From Eledone cirrhosa (taxonomy: Eukaryota), in the NCBI GenBank assembly GCA_964016885.1, contig OZ024758.1, positions 36,642,001 to 36,706,000 on the forward strand: a stretch of 64,000 nucleotides of DNA, read 5' to 3'. Within the stretch, counting starts at the first letter, position 1. Every line of letters begins with the position of its first letter. This document shows positions 13,360-27,470 of the stretch, piece by piece. Both the position numbers and the translations under genes were made by a program. The notes beneath the pieces were generated by a model. It had not been told where the DNA came from and did no database searches. It saw nothing but the letters and a program-made list of their open reading frames with translations.

Positions 13360-16300
13360 TCATTTAAGTTCATGGTATTAGCTGTCAGAAGTAACTCCAC
13401 TGTTGGTGAGAATTCATTTAAGTTCATGGTACTAGCTGTCAGAAGTAACCCCAATGTTGGTGAGAATTCATTTAAGTTCATGGTATTAGCTGTCAGAAGT
13501 CACTCCAATGTTGGTGAGAATTCATTTAAGTTCATGGTATTAGCTGTCAGACGTCACTCCACTGTTGGTGAGAATTCATTTAAGTTCATGGTACAAGCTG
13601 TCAGAAGTAACCCCAATGTTGGTAAGAATTCATTTAAGTTCATGGTATTAGCTGTCAGAAGTTACTCCAATGTTGGTGAGAATTCATTTAAGTTCATGGT
13701 ATTAGCTGTCAGAAGTAACTCCACTGTTGGTGAGAATTCATTTAAGTTCATGGTATTAGCTGTCAGAAGTAACTCCACTGTTGGTGAGAATTCATTTAAG
13801 TTCATGGTATTAGCTGTCAGAAGGAACTCCAATGTTGGTGAGAATTCATTTAAGTCATGGTACTAGCTGTCAGAAGTAACTCCACTGTTGGTGAGAATTC
13901 ATTTACGTCATGGTACTAGCTGTCAGAAGTAACTCCACTGTTGGTGAGAATTCATTTAAGTTCATGGTATTAGCTGTCAGAAGGAACTCCACTGTTGGTG
14001 AGAATTCATTTATGTTCATGGTATTAGCTGTCAGAAGTAACTCCACTGTTGGTGAGAATTCATTTAAGTTCATGGTACTAGCTGTCAGAAGTAACTCCAC
14101 TGTTGGTGAGAATTCATTTAAGTTCATGGTACTAGCTGTCAGAAGGAACTCCACTGTTGGTGAGAATTCATTTAAGTTCATGGTATTAGCTGTCAGAAGT
14201 AACTCCAATGTTGGTGAGAATTCATTTAAGTCATGGTACTAGCTGTCAGAAGTAACTCCACAGTTGGTGAGAATTCATTTAAGTTCATGGTATTAGCTGT
14301 CAGAAGGAACTCCACTGTTGGTGAAAATTCATTTAAGTTCATGGTATTAGCTGTCAGAATTAACTCCAATGTTGGTGAGAATTCATTTAAGTTCATGGTA
14401 TTAGCTGTCAGAAGTAACTCCACTGTTGGTGAGAATTCATTTAAGTTCATGGTATTAGCTGTCAGAAGTAACTCCACTGTCGGTGAGAATTCATTTAAGT
14501 TCATGGTACTAGCTGTCAGAAGTAACTCCACTGTTGGTGAGAATTCATTTAAGTTCATGGTACTAGCTGTCAGAAGTAACCCCAATGTTAGTGAGAATTC
14601 ATTTAAGTTCATGGTATTAGCTGTCAGAAGTCACTCCACTGTTGGTGAGAATTCATTTAAGTTCATGGTACTAGCTGTCAGAAGTAACGCCACTGTTGGT
14701 GAGAATTCATTTAAGTCATGGTATTAGCTGTCAGAAGTAACTCCATTGTTTTGTGAGAATTCATTTAAGTCATGGTACTAGCTGTCAGAAGTAACTCCAC
14801 TGTTGGTGAGAATTCATTTAAGTTCATGGTACTAGCTGTCAGAAGTAACTCCACTGTTGGTGAGAATTCATTTAAGTTCATGGTACTAGCTGTCAGAAGT
14901 AACTCCAATGTTGGTGAGAATTCATTTAAGTCATGGTACTAGCTGTCAGAAGTCACTCCACTGTTGGTGAGAATTCATTTAAGTTCATGGTATTAGCTGT
15001 CAGAAGGAACTCCACTGTTGGTGAGAATTCATTTAAATTCATGGTATTAGCTGTCAGAAGTAACTCCACTGTTGGTGAGAATTCATTTAAGTTCATGGTA
15101 CTAGCTGTCAGAAGGAACTCCAATGTTGGTGAGAATTCATTTAAGTTCATGGTATTAGCTGTCAGAAGTAACTCCACTGTTGGTGAGAATTCATTTAAGT
15201 TCATGGTATTAGCTGTCAGAAGTAACTCCACTGTTGGTGAGAATTCATTTAAGTTCATGGTACTAGCTGTCAGAAGTAACTCCACTGTTGGTGAGAATTC
15301 ATTTAAGTTCATGGTACTAGCTGTCAGAATTAACCCCAATGTTGGTGAGAATTCATTTAAGTTCATGGTATTAGCTGTCAGAAGTCACTCCACTGTTGGT
15401 GAGAATTCATTTAAGTTCATGGTACTAGCTGTCAGAAGTAACGCCACTGTTGGTGAGAATTCATTTAAGTTCATGGTATTAGCTGTCAGAAGTAAGTCCA
15501 CTGTTGGTGAGAATTCATTTAAGTCATGGTATTAGCTGTCAGAAGTAACTCCATTGTTTTGTGAGAATTCATTTAAGTCATGGTACTAGCTGTCAGAAGT
15601 AACTCCACTGTTGGTGAGAATTCATTTAAGTCATGGTATTAGCTGTCAGAAGTAACTCCATTGTTGGTGAGAATTCATTTAAGTCATGGTACTAGCTGTC
15701 AGAAGTAACTCCACTGTTGGTGAGAATTCATTTAAGTTCATGGTACTAGCTGTCAGAAGTAACTCCAATGTTGGTGAGAATTCATTTAAATTCATGGTAT
15801 TAGCTGTCAGAAGTAACTCCATTGTTGGTGAGAATTCATTTAAGTTCATGGTACTAGCTGTCAGAAGTAACTCCACTGTTGGTGAGAATTCATTTAAGTT
15901 CATGGTACTAGCTGTCAGAAGTAACTCCAATGTTGGTGAGAATTCATTTAAATTCATGGTATTAGCTGTCAGAAGTAACTCCACTGTTGTTGAGAATTCA
16001 TTTAAGTTCATGGTACTACCTGTCAGAAGCAACTCCACTGTTGGTGAGAATTCATTTAAGTTCATGGTATTAGCTGTCAGATGTAACTCCACTGTTGGTG
16101 AGAATTCATTTAAGTTCATGTTATTAGCTGTCAGAAGGAACTCCAATGTTGGTGAGAATTCATTTAAGTCATGGTATTAGCTGTCAGAAGGAACGCCACT
16201 GTTGGTGAGAATTCATTTAAGTTCATGGTACTAGCTGTCAGAAGTAACTCCAATGTTGGTGAGAATTCATTTATGTTCATGGTATTAGCTGTCAGAAGTA

Positions 16301-19300
16301 ACTCCACTGTTGGTGAGAATTCATTTAAGTTCATGGTACTAGCTGTCAGAAGTAACTCCACTGTTGGTGAGAATTCATTTAAGTCATGGTATTAGCTGTC
16401 AGAAGTAACTCCATTGTTGGTGAGAATTCATTTAAGTCATGGTACTAGCTGTCAGAAGTAACTCCACTGTTGCTGAGAATTCATTTAAGTTCATGGTATT
16501 AGCTGTCAGAAGTAACTCCAATGTCGGTGAGAATTCATTTAAGTCATAGTACTAGCTGTCAGAAGTAACTCCACTGTTGGTGAGAATTCATTTAAGTTCA
16601 TGGTATTAGCTGTCAGAAGGAACTCCACTGTTGGTGAGAATTCATTTAAATTCATGGTATTAGCTGTCAGAAGTAACTCCAATGTTGGTGAGAATTCATT
16701 TAAGTTCATGGTATTAGCTGTCAGAAGTAACTCCACTGTTGGTGAGAATTCATTTAAGTTCATGGTATTAGCTGTCAGAAGTAACTCCACTGTTGGTGAG
16801 AATTAATGTTTCATGGTACTAGCTGTCAGAAGTAACTCCACTGTTGGTGAGAATTCATTTAAGTTCATGGTACTAGCTGTCAGAAGTAACCCCAATGTTA
16901 GTGAGAATTCATTTAAGTTCATGGTATTAGCTGTCAGAAGTCACTCCACTGTTGGTGAGAATTCATTTAAGTTCATGGTATTAGCTGTCAGAAGTAACTC
17001 CACTGTTGGTGAGAATTCATTTAAGTTCGTGGTATTAGCTGTCAGAAGTAACTCCACTGTTGGTGAGAATTCATTTAAGTTCATGGTATTAGCTGTCAGA
17101 AGTAACTCCACTGTTGGTGAGAATTCATTTAAGTTCATGGTACTAGCTGTCAGATGTAACGCCACTGTTGGTGAGAATTCATTTAAGTTCATGGTATTAG
17201 CTGTCAGAAGTAACTCCACTGTTGGTGAGAATTCATTTAAGTCATGGTATTAGCTGTCAGAAGTAACTCCATTGTTGGTGAGAATTCATTTAAGTCATGG
17301 TACTAGCTGTCAGAAGTAACTCCACTGTTGGTGAGAATTCATTTAAGTTCATGGTACTAGCTGTCAGAAGTAACTCCACTGTTGGTGAGAATTCATTTAA
17401 GTTCATGGTACTAGCTGTCAGAAGTAACTCCAATGTTGGTGAGAATTCATTTAAGTCATGGTACTAGCTGTCAGAAGTCACTCCACTGTTGGTGAGAATT
17501 CATTAAGTTCATGGTATTAGCTGTCACAAGGAACTCCACTGTTGGTGAGAATTCATTTAAATTCATGGTATTAGCTGTCAGAAGTAACTCCACTGTTGGT
17601 GAGAATTCATTTAAGTTCATGGTACTAGCTGTCAGAAGGAACTCCAATGTTGGTGAGAATTCATTTAAGTTCATGGTATTAGCTGTCAGAAGTAACTCCA
17701 CTGTTGGTGAGAATTCATTTAAGTTCATGGTATTAGCTGTCAGAAGTAACTCCACTGTTGGTGAGAATTCATTTAAGTTCATGGTACTAGCTGTCAGAAG
17801 TAACTCCACTGTTGGTGAGAATTCATTTAAGTTCATGGTACTAGCTGTCAGAAGTAACCCCAATGTTGGTGAGAATTCATTTAAGTTCATGGTATTAACT
17901 GTCAGAAGTCACTCCACTGTTGGTGAGAATTCATTTAAGTTCATGGTATTAGCTGTCAGAAGTAACTCCACTGTTGGTGAGAATTCATTTAAGTTCATGG
18001 TATTAGCTGTCAGAAGTAACTCCACTGTTGGTGAGAATTCATTTAAGTTCATGGTATTAGCTGTCAGAAGTAACTCCACTGTTGGTGAGAATTCATTTAA
18101 GTTCATGGTACTAGCTGTCAGAAGTAACTCCACTGTTGGTGAGAATTCATTTAAGTTCATGGTATTAGCTGTCAGAAGTAACTCCACTGTTGGTGAGAAT
18201 TCAATTAAGTCATGGTATTAGCTGTCAGAAGTAACTCCATTGTTGGTGAGAATTCATTTAAGTCATGGTACTAGCTGTCAGAAGTAACTCCACTGTTGGT
18301 GAGAATTCATTTAAGTTCATGGTACTAGCTGTCAGAAGTAACTCCACTGTTGGTGAGAATTCATTTAAGTTCATGGTACTAGCTGTTAGAAGTAACTCCA
18401 ATGTTGGTGAGAATTCATTTAAATTCATGGTATTAGCTGTCAGAAGTAACTCCACTGTTGGTGAGAATTCATTTAAGTTCATGGTACTAGCTGTCAGAAG
18501 CAACTCCACTGTTAGTGAGAATTCATTTAAGTTCATGGTATTAGCTGTCAGAAGTAACTCCACTGTTGGTGAGAATTCATTTAAGTCCATGGTACTAGCT
18601 GTCAGAAGTAACCCCAATGTTGGTGAGAATTCATTTAAGTTCATGGTATTAGCTGTCAGAAGTCACTCCAATGTTGGTGAGAATTCATTTAAGTTCATGG
18701 TATTAGCTGTCAGAAGTCACTCCACTGTTGGTGAGAATTCATTTAAGTTCATGGTACTAGCTGTCAGAAGTAACTCCACTGTTGGTGAGAATTCATTTAA
18801 GTCATGGTATTAGCTGTCAGAAGTAACTCCATTGTTGGTGAGAATTCATTTAAGTCATGGTACTAGCTGTCAGAAGTAACTCCACTGTTGGTGAGAATTC
18901 ATTTAAGTTCATGGTACTAGCTGTCAGAAGTAACTCCACTGTTGGTGAGAATTCATTTAAGTTCATGGTACTAGCTGTTAGAAGTAACTCCAATGTTGGT
19001 GAGAATTCATTTAAATTCATGGTATTAGCTGTCAGAAGTAACTCCACTGTTGGTGAGAATTCATTTAAGTTCATGGTCTTAGCTGTCAGAAGCAACTCCA
19101 CTGTTGGTGAGAATTCATTTAAGTTCATGGTATTAGCTGTCAGAAGTAACTCCACTGTTGGTGAGAATTCATTTAAGTTCATGGTACTAGCTGTCAGAAG
19201 TAACCCCAATGTTGGTGAGAATTCATTTAAGTTCATGGTATTAGCTGTCAGAAGTCACTCCAATGTTGGTGAGAATTCATTTAAGTTCATGGTATTAGCT

Positions 19301-20350
19301 GTCAGAAGTCACTCCACTGTTGGTGAGAATTCATTTAAGTTCATGGTACTAGCTGTCAGAAGTAACTCCACTGTTGGTGAGAATTCATTTAAGTTCATGG
19401 TACTAGCTGTCAGAAGTAACTCCACTGTTGGTGAGAATTCATTTAAGTTCATGGTACTAGCTGTCAGAAGTAACCCCAATGTTGGTGAGAATTCATTTAA
19501 TTTCATGGTATTAGCTGTCAGAAGTTACTCCAATGTTGGTGAGAATTCATTTAAGTTCATGGTATTAGCTGTCAGAAGTAACTCCACTGTTTGTGAGAAT
19601 TCATTTAAGTTCATGGTATTAGCTGTCAGAAGTAACTCCACTGTTGGTGAGAATTCATTTAAGTTCATGGTATTAGCTGTCAGAAGGAACTCCAATGTTA
19701 GTGAGAATTCATTTAAGTCATGGTACTAGCTGTCAGAAGTAACTCCACTGTTGGTGAGAATTCATTTAAGTTCATGGTATTAGCTGTCAGAAGGAACGCC
19801 ACTGTTGGTGAGAATTCATTTAAGTTCATGGTACTAGCTGTCAGAAGTAACTCCACTGTTGGTGAGAATTCATTTAAGTTCATGGTACTAGCTGTCAGAA
19901 GTAACTCCAATGTTGGTGAGAATTCATTTAAATTCATGGTATTAGCTGTCAGAAGTAACTCCACTGTTGGTGAGAATTCATTTAAGTTCATGGTACTAGC
20001 TGTCAGAAGCAACTCCACTGTTGGTGAGAATTCATTTAAGTTCATGGTATTAGCTGTCAGAAGTAACTCCACTGTTGGTGAGAATTCATTTAAGTTCATG
20101 GTACTAGCTGTCAGAAGTAACCCCAATGTTGGTGAGAATTCATTTAAGTTCATGGTATTAGCTGTCAGAAGTCACTCCAATGTTGGTGAGAATTCATTTA
20201 AGTTCATGGTATTAGCTGTCAGAAGTCACTCCACTGTTGGTGAGAATTCATTTAAGTTCATGGTACTAGCTGTCAGAAGTAACTCCACTGTTGCTGAGAA
20301 TTCATTGAAGTTCATGGTACTAGCTGTCAGAAGTAACTCCACTGTTGGTG
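13360..20350. repeat. Internally shortened copy of about 2860-11200
   Basis: AGACGTCAC (about 3049/13549), GTACAAGC (3091/13591) and TTTACGTC (3402/13902) match at offset 10500. The offset then steps to 10446, 9529 and 9151. Confidence 0.88.
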
Positions 20351-23160
20351 AGAATTCATTTAAATTCATGGTATTAGCTGTCAGAAGTAACTCCACTGTT
20401 GGTGAGAATTCATTTAAGTTCATGGTACTAGCTGTCAGAAGGAACTCCAATGTTGGTGAGAATTCATTTAAGTTCATGGTATTAGCTGTCAGAAGTAACT
20501 CCACTGTTGGTGAGAATTCATTTAAGTTCATGGTATTAGCTGTCAGAAGTAACTCCACTGTTGGTGAGAATTCATTTAAGTTCATGGTACTAGCTGTCAG
20601 AAGTAACTCCACTGTTGGTGAGAATTCATTTAAGTTCATGGTACTAGCTGTCAGAAGTAACCCCAATGTTGGTGAGAATTCATTTAAGTTCATGGTATTA
20701 ACTGTCAGAAGTCACTCCACTGTTGGTGAGAATTCATTTAAGTTCATGGTATTAGCTGTCAGAAGTAACTCCACTGTTGGTGAGAATTCATTTAAGTTCA
20801 TGGTATTAGCTGTCAGAAGTAACTCCACTGTTGGTGAGAATTCATTTAAGTTCATGGTATTAGCTGTCAGAAGTAACTCCACTGTTGGTGAGAATTCATT
20901 TAAGTTCATGGTACTAGCTGTCAGAAGTAACTCCACTGTTGGTGAGAATTCATTTAAGTTCATGGTATTAGCTGTCAGAAGTAACTCCACTGTTGGTGAG
21001 AATTCAATTAAGTCATGGTATTAGCTGTCAGAAGTAACTCCATTGTTGGTGAGAATTCATTTAAGTCATGGTACTAGCTGTCAGAAGTAACTCCACTGTT
21101 GGTGAGAATTCATTTAAGTTCATGGTACTAGCTGTCAGAAGTAACTCCACTGTTGGTGAGAATTCATTTAAGTTCATGGTACTAGCTGTTAGAAGTAACT
21201 CCAATGTTGGTGAGAATTCATTTAAATTCATGGTATTAGCTGTCAGAAGTAACTCCACTGTTGGTGAGAATTCATTTAAGTTCATGGTACTAGCTGTCAG
21301 AAGCAACTCCACTGTTAGTGAGAATTCATTTAAGTTCATGGTATTAGCTGTCAGAAGTAACTCCACTGTTGGTGAGAATTCATTTAAGTCCATGGTACTA
21401 GCTGTCAGAAGTAACCCCAATGTTGGTGAGAATTCATTTAAGTTCATGGTATTAGCTGTCAGAAGTCACTCCAATGTTGGTGAGAATTCATTTAAGTTCA
21501 TGGTATTAGCTGTCAGAAGTCACTCCACTGTTGGTGAGAATTCATTTAAGTTCATGGTACTAGCTGTCAGAAGTAACTCCACTGTTGGTGAGAATTCATT
21601 TAAGTCATGGTATTAGCTGTCAGAAGTAACTCCATTGTTGGTGAGAATTCATTTAAGTCATGGTACTAGCTGTCAGAAGTAACTCCACTGTTGGTGAGAA
21701 TTCATTTAAGTTCATGGTACTAGCTGTCAGAAGTAACTCCACTGTTGGTGAGAATTCATTTAAGTTCATGGTACTAGCTGTTAGAAGTAACTCCAATGTT
21801 GGTGAGAATTCATTTAAATTCATGGTATTAGCTGTCAGAAGTAACTCCACTGTTGGTGAGAATTCATTTAAGTTCATGGTCTTAGCTGTCAGAAGCAACT
21901 CCACTGTTGGTGAGAATTCATTTAAGTTCATGGTATTAGCTGTCAGAAGTAACTCCACTGTTGGTGAGAATTCATTTAAGTTCATGGTACTAGCTGTCAG
22001 AAGTAACCCCAATGTTGGTGAGAATTCATTTAAGTTCATGGTATTAGCTGTCAGAAGTCACTCCAATGTTGGTGAGAATTCATTTAAGTTCATGGTATTA
22101 GCTGTCAGAAGTCACTCCACTGTTGGTGAGAATTCATTTAAGTTCATGGTACTAGCTGTCAGAAGTAACTCCACTGTTGGTGAGAATTCATTTAAGTTCA
22201 TGGTACTAGCTGTCAGAAGTAACTCCACTGTTGGTGAGAATTCATTTAAGTTCATGGTACTAGCTGTCAGAAGTAACCCCAATGTTGGTGAGAATTCATT
22301 TAATTTCATGGTATTAGCTGTCAGAAGTTACTCCAATGTTGGTGAGAATTCATTTAAGTTCATGGTATTAGCTGTCAGAAGTAACTCCACTGTTTGTGAG
22401 AATTCATTTAAGTTCATGGTATTAGCTGTCAGAAGTAACTCCACTGTTGGTGAGAATTCATTTAAGTTCATGGTATTAGCTGTCAGAAGGAACTCCAATG
22501 TTGGTGAGAATTCATTTAAGTCATGGTACTAGCTGTCAGAAGTAACTCCACTGTTGGTGAGAATTCATTTAAGTTCATGGTATTAGCTGTCAGAAGGAAC
22601 GCCACTGTTGGTGAGAATTCATTTAAGTTCATGGTACTAGCTGTCAGAAGTAACTCCACTGTTGGTGAGAATTCATTTAAGTTCATGGTACTAGCTGTCA
22701 GAAGTAACTCCAATGTTGGTGAGAATTCATTTAAATTCATGGTATTAGCTGTCAGAAGTAACTCCACTGTTGGTGAGAATTCATTTAAGTTCATGGTACT
22801 AGCTGTCAGAAGCAACTCCACTGTTGGTGAGAATTCATTTAAGTTCATGGTATTAGCTGTCAGAAGTAACTCCACTGTTGGTGAGAATTCATTTAAGTTC
22901 ATGGTACTAGCTGTCAGAAGTAACCCCAATGTTGGTGAGAATTCATTTAAGTTCATGGTATTAGCTGTCAGAAGTCACTCCAATGTTGGTGAGAATTCAT
23001 TTAAGTTCATGGTATTAGCTGTCAGAAGTCACTCCACTGTTGGTGAGAATTCATTTAAGTTCATGGTACTAGCTGTCAGAAGTAACTCCACTGTTGCTGA
23101 GAATTCATTGAAGTTCATGGTACTAGCTGTCAGAAGTAACTCCACTGTTGGTGAGAATTC
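17550..23160. repeat. 2803-bp (52-monomer) tandem duplication
   Basis: TCAATTAAGTC (18201/21004), GTTAGTGAG (18511/21314), AAGTCCATGG (18583/21386), GGTCTTAG (19075/21878), TTGCTGAGAATTCATTGAAG (20291/23094). Confidence 0.93.
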
Positions 23161-26100
23161 ATTTAAGTTCATGGTACTAGCTGTCAGAAGTAACCCCAAT
23201 GTTGGTGAGAATTCATTTAAGTTCATGGTTTTAGCTGTTAGAAGTTACTCCAATGTTGGTGAGAATTCATTTAAGTTCATGGTATTAGCTGTCAGAAGTA
23301 ACTCCACTGTTGGTGAGAATTCATTTAAGTTCATGGTATTAGCTGTCAGAAGGAACTCCACTGTTGGTGAGAATACATTTAAATTCATGGTATTAGCTGT
23401 CAGAAGTAACTCCACTGTTGGTGAGAATTCATTTAAGTTCATGGTACTAGCTGTCAGAAGGAACTCCAATGTTGGTGAGAATTCATTTAAGTTCATGGTA
23501 TTAGCTGTCAGAAGTAACTCCACTGTTGGTGAGAATTCATTTAAGTTCATGGTATTAGCTGTCAGAAGTAACTCCACTGTTGGTGAGAATTCATTTAAGT
23601 TCATGGTACTAGCTGTCAGAAGTAACTCCACTGTTGGTGAGAATTCATTTAAGTTCATGGTACTAGCTGTCAGAAGTAACCCCAATGTTGGTGAGAATTC
23701 ATTTAAGTTCATGGTACTAGCTGTCAGAAGTAACTCCAATGTTGGTGAGAATTCATTTATGTTCATGGTATTAGCTGTCAGAGGTAACTCCACTGTTGGT
23801 GAGAATTCATTTAAGTTCATGGTACTAGCTGTCAGAAGTAACTCCACTGTTGGTGAGAATTCATTTAAGTTCATGGTACTAGCTGTCAGAAGGAACTCCA
23901 CTGTTGGTGAGAATTCATTTAAGTTCATGGTATTAGCTGTCAGAAGTAACTCCACTGTTGGTGAGAATTCATTTAAGTCATGGTATTAGCTGTCAGAAGT
24001 AACTCCATTGTTGGTGAGAATTCATTTAAGTCATGGTACTAGCTGTCAGAAGTAACTCCACTGTTGGTGAGAATTCATTTAAGTTCATGGTACTAGCTGT
24101 CAGAAGTAACTCCAATGTTGGTGAGAATTCATTTAAGTCATGGTACTAGCTGTCAGAAGTAACTCCACTGTTGGTGAGAATTCATTTAAGTTCATGGTAT
24201 TAGCTGTCAGAAGGAACTCCACTGTTGGTGAGAATTCATTTAAGTCATGGTATTAGCTGTCAGAAGTAACTCCATTGTTGGTGAGAATTCATTTAAGTCA
24301 TGGTACTAGCTGTCAGAAGTAACTCCACTGTTGGTGAGAATTCATTTAAGTTCATGGTACTAGCTGTCAGAAGTAACTCCACTGTTGGTGAGAATTCATT
24401 TAAGTTCATTGTACTAGCTGTCAGAAGTAACTCCACTGTTGGTGAGAATTCATTTAAGTCATGGTATTAGCTGTCAGAAGTAACTCCATTGTTGGTGAGA
24501 ATTCATTTAAGTCATGGTACTAGCTGTCAGAAGTAACTCCACTGTTGGTGAGAATTCATTTAAGTTCATGGTATTAGCTGTCAGAAGGAACTCCACTGTT
24601 GGTGAGAATTCATTTATGTTCATGGTATTAGCTGTCAGAAGTAACTCCACTGTTGGTGAGAATTCATTTAAGTCCATGGTACTAGCTGTCAGAAGTAACT
24701 CCACTGTTGGTGAGAATTCATTTAAGTTCATGGTACTAGCTGTCAGAAGGAACTCCACTGTTGGTGAGAATTCATTTAAGTTCATGGTATTAGCGGTCAG
24801 AAGTAACTCCAATGTTGGTGAGAATTCATTTAAGTCATGGTATTAGCTGTCAGAAGGAACTCCACTGTTGGTGAGAATTCATTTAAGTTCATGGTATTAG
24901 CTGTCAGAAGTAACTCCAATGTTGGTGAGAATTCATTTAAGTTCATGGTATTAGCTGTCAGAAGTAACTCCACTGTTGGTGAGAATTCATTTAAGTTCAT
25001 GGTATTAGCTGTCAGAAGTAACTCCACTGTTGGTGAGAATTCATTTAAGTTCATGGTACTAGCTGTCAGAAGTAACTCCACTGTTGGTGAGAATTCATTG
25101 AAGTTCATGGTACTAGCTGTCAGAAGTAACTCCACTGTTGGTGAGAATTCATTTAAGTTCATGGTACTAGCTGTCAGAAGTAACCCCAATGTTGGTGAGA
25201 ATTCATTTAAGTTCATGGTTTTAGCTGTTAGAAGTTACTCCAATGTTGGTGAGAATTCATTTAAGTTCATGGTATTAGCTGTCAGAAGTAACTCCACTGT
25301 TGGTGAGAATTCATTTAAGTTCATGGTATTAGCTGTCAGAAGGAACTCCACTGTTGGTGAGAATTCATTTAAATTCATGGTATTAGCTGTCAGAAGTAAC
25401 TCCACTGTTGGTGAGAATTCATTTAAGTTCATGGTACTAGCTGTCAGAAGGAACTCCAATGTTGGTGAGAATTCATTTAAGTTCATGGTATTAGCTGTCA
25501 GAAGTAACTCCACTGTTGGTGAGAATTCATTTAAGTTCATGGTATTAGCTGTCAGAAGTAACTCCACTGTTGGTGAGAATTCATTTAAGTTCATGGTACT
25601 AGCTGTCAGAAGTAACTCCACTGTTGGTGAGAATTCATTTAAGTTCATGGTACTAGCTGTCAGAAGTAACCCCAATGTTGGTGAGAATTCATTTAAGTTC
25701 ATGGTACTAGCTGTCAGAAGTAACTCCAATGTTGGTGAGAATTCATTTATGTTCATGGTATTAGCTGTCAGAGGTAACTCCACTGTTGGTGAGAATTCAT
25801 TTAAGTTCATGGTACTAGCTGTCAGAAGTAACTCCACTGTTGGTGAGAATTCATTTAAGTTCATGGTACTAGCTGTCAGAAGGAACTCCACTGTTGGTGA
25901 GAATTCATTTAAGTTCATGGTATTAGCTGTCAGAAGTAACTCCACTGTTGGTGAGAATTCATTTAAGTCATGGTATTAGCTGTCAGAAGTAACTCCATTG
26001 TTGGTGAGAATTCATTTAAGTCATGGTACTAGCTGTCAGAAGTAACTCCACTGTTGGTGAGAATTCATTTAAGTTCATGGTACTAGCTGTCAGAAGTAAC

Positions 26101-26710
26101 TCCAATGTTGGTGAGAATTCATTTAAGTCATGGTACTAGCTGTCAGAAGTAACTCCACTGTTGGTGAGAATTCATTTAAGTTCATGGTATTAGCTGTCAG
26201 AAGGAACTCCACTGTTGGTGAGAATTCATTTAAGTCATGGTATTAGCTGTCAGAAGTAACTCCATTGTTGGTGAGAATTCATTTAAGTCATGGTACTAGC
26301 TGTCAGAAGTAACTCCACTGTTGGTGAGAATTCATTTAAGTTCATGGTACTAGCTGTCAGAAGTAACTCCACTGTTGGTGAGAATTCATTTAAGTTCATT
26401 GTACTAGCTGTCAGAAGTAACTCCACTGTTGGTGAGAATTCATTTAAGTCATGGTATTAGCTGTCAGAAGTAACTCCATTGTTGGTGAGAATTCATTTAA
26501 GTCATGGTACTAGCTGTCAGAAGTAACTCCACTGTTGGTGAGAATTCATTTAAGTTCATGGTATTAGCTGTCAGAAGGAACTCCACTGTTGGTGAGAATT
26601 CATTTATGTTCATGGTATTAGCTGTCAGAAGTAACTCCACTGTTGGTGAGAATTCATTTAAGTCCATGGTACTAGCTGTCAGAAGTAACTCCACTGTTGG
26701 TGAGAATTCA
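23100..26710. repeat. 1990-bp (37-monomer) tandem duplication, second copy partial
   Basis: ORFs 23245/25235 and 24514/26504; CAGAGGTAAC (about 23779/25769) and TTCATTGTAC (about 24405/26395). Confidence 0.9.
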
Positions 26711-27470
26711 TTTAAGTCATGGTATTAGCTGTCAGAAGTAACTCCATTGTTGGTGAGAATTCATTTAAGTCATGGTACTAGCTGTCAGAAGTAACTCCAC
26801 TGTTGGTGAGAATTCATTTAAGTTCATGGTACTAGCTGTCAGAAGTAACTCCAATGTTGGTGAGAATTCATTTAAGTCATGGTACTAGCTGTCAGAAGTA
26901 ACTCCACTGTTGGTGAGAATTCATTTAAGTTCATGGTATTAGCTGTCAGAAGGAACTCCACTGTTGGTGAGAATTCATTTAAGTCATGGTATTAGCTGTC
27001 AGAAGTAACTCCATTGTTGGTGAGAATTCATTTAAGTCATGGTACTAGCTGTCAGAAGTAACTCCACTGTTGGTGAGAATTCATTTAAGTTCATGGTACT
27101 AGCTGTCAGAAGTAACTCCACTGTTGGTGAGAATTCATTTAAGTTCATTGTACTAGCTGTCAGAAGTAACTCCACTGTTGGTGAGAATTCATTTAAGTCA
27201 TGGTATTAGCTGTCAGAAGTAACTCCATTGTTGGTGAGAATTCATTTAAGTCATGGTACTAGCTGTCAGAAGTAACTCCACTGTTGGTGAGAATTCATTT
27301 AAGTTCATGGTATTAGCTGTCAGAAGGAACTCCACTGTTGGTGAGAATTCATTTATGTTCATGGTATTAGCTGTCAGAAGTAACTCCACTGTTGGTGAGA
27401 ATTCATTTAAGTCCATGGTACTAGCTGTCAGAAGTAACTCCACTGTTGGTGAGAATTCATTTAAGTTCAT
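25960..27470. repeat. 749-bp (14-monomer, seven 53-mers) tandem duplication
   Basis: ORF starts 26504 and 27253; TTCATTGTAC at about 26395 and 27144; 749 = 14x54 - 7. Confidence 0.88.
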
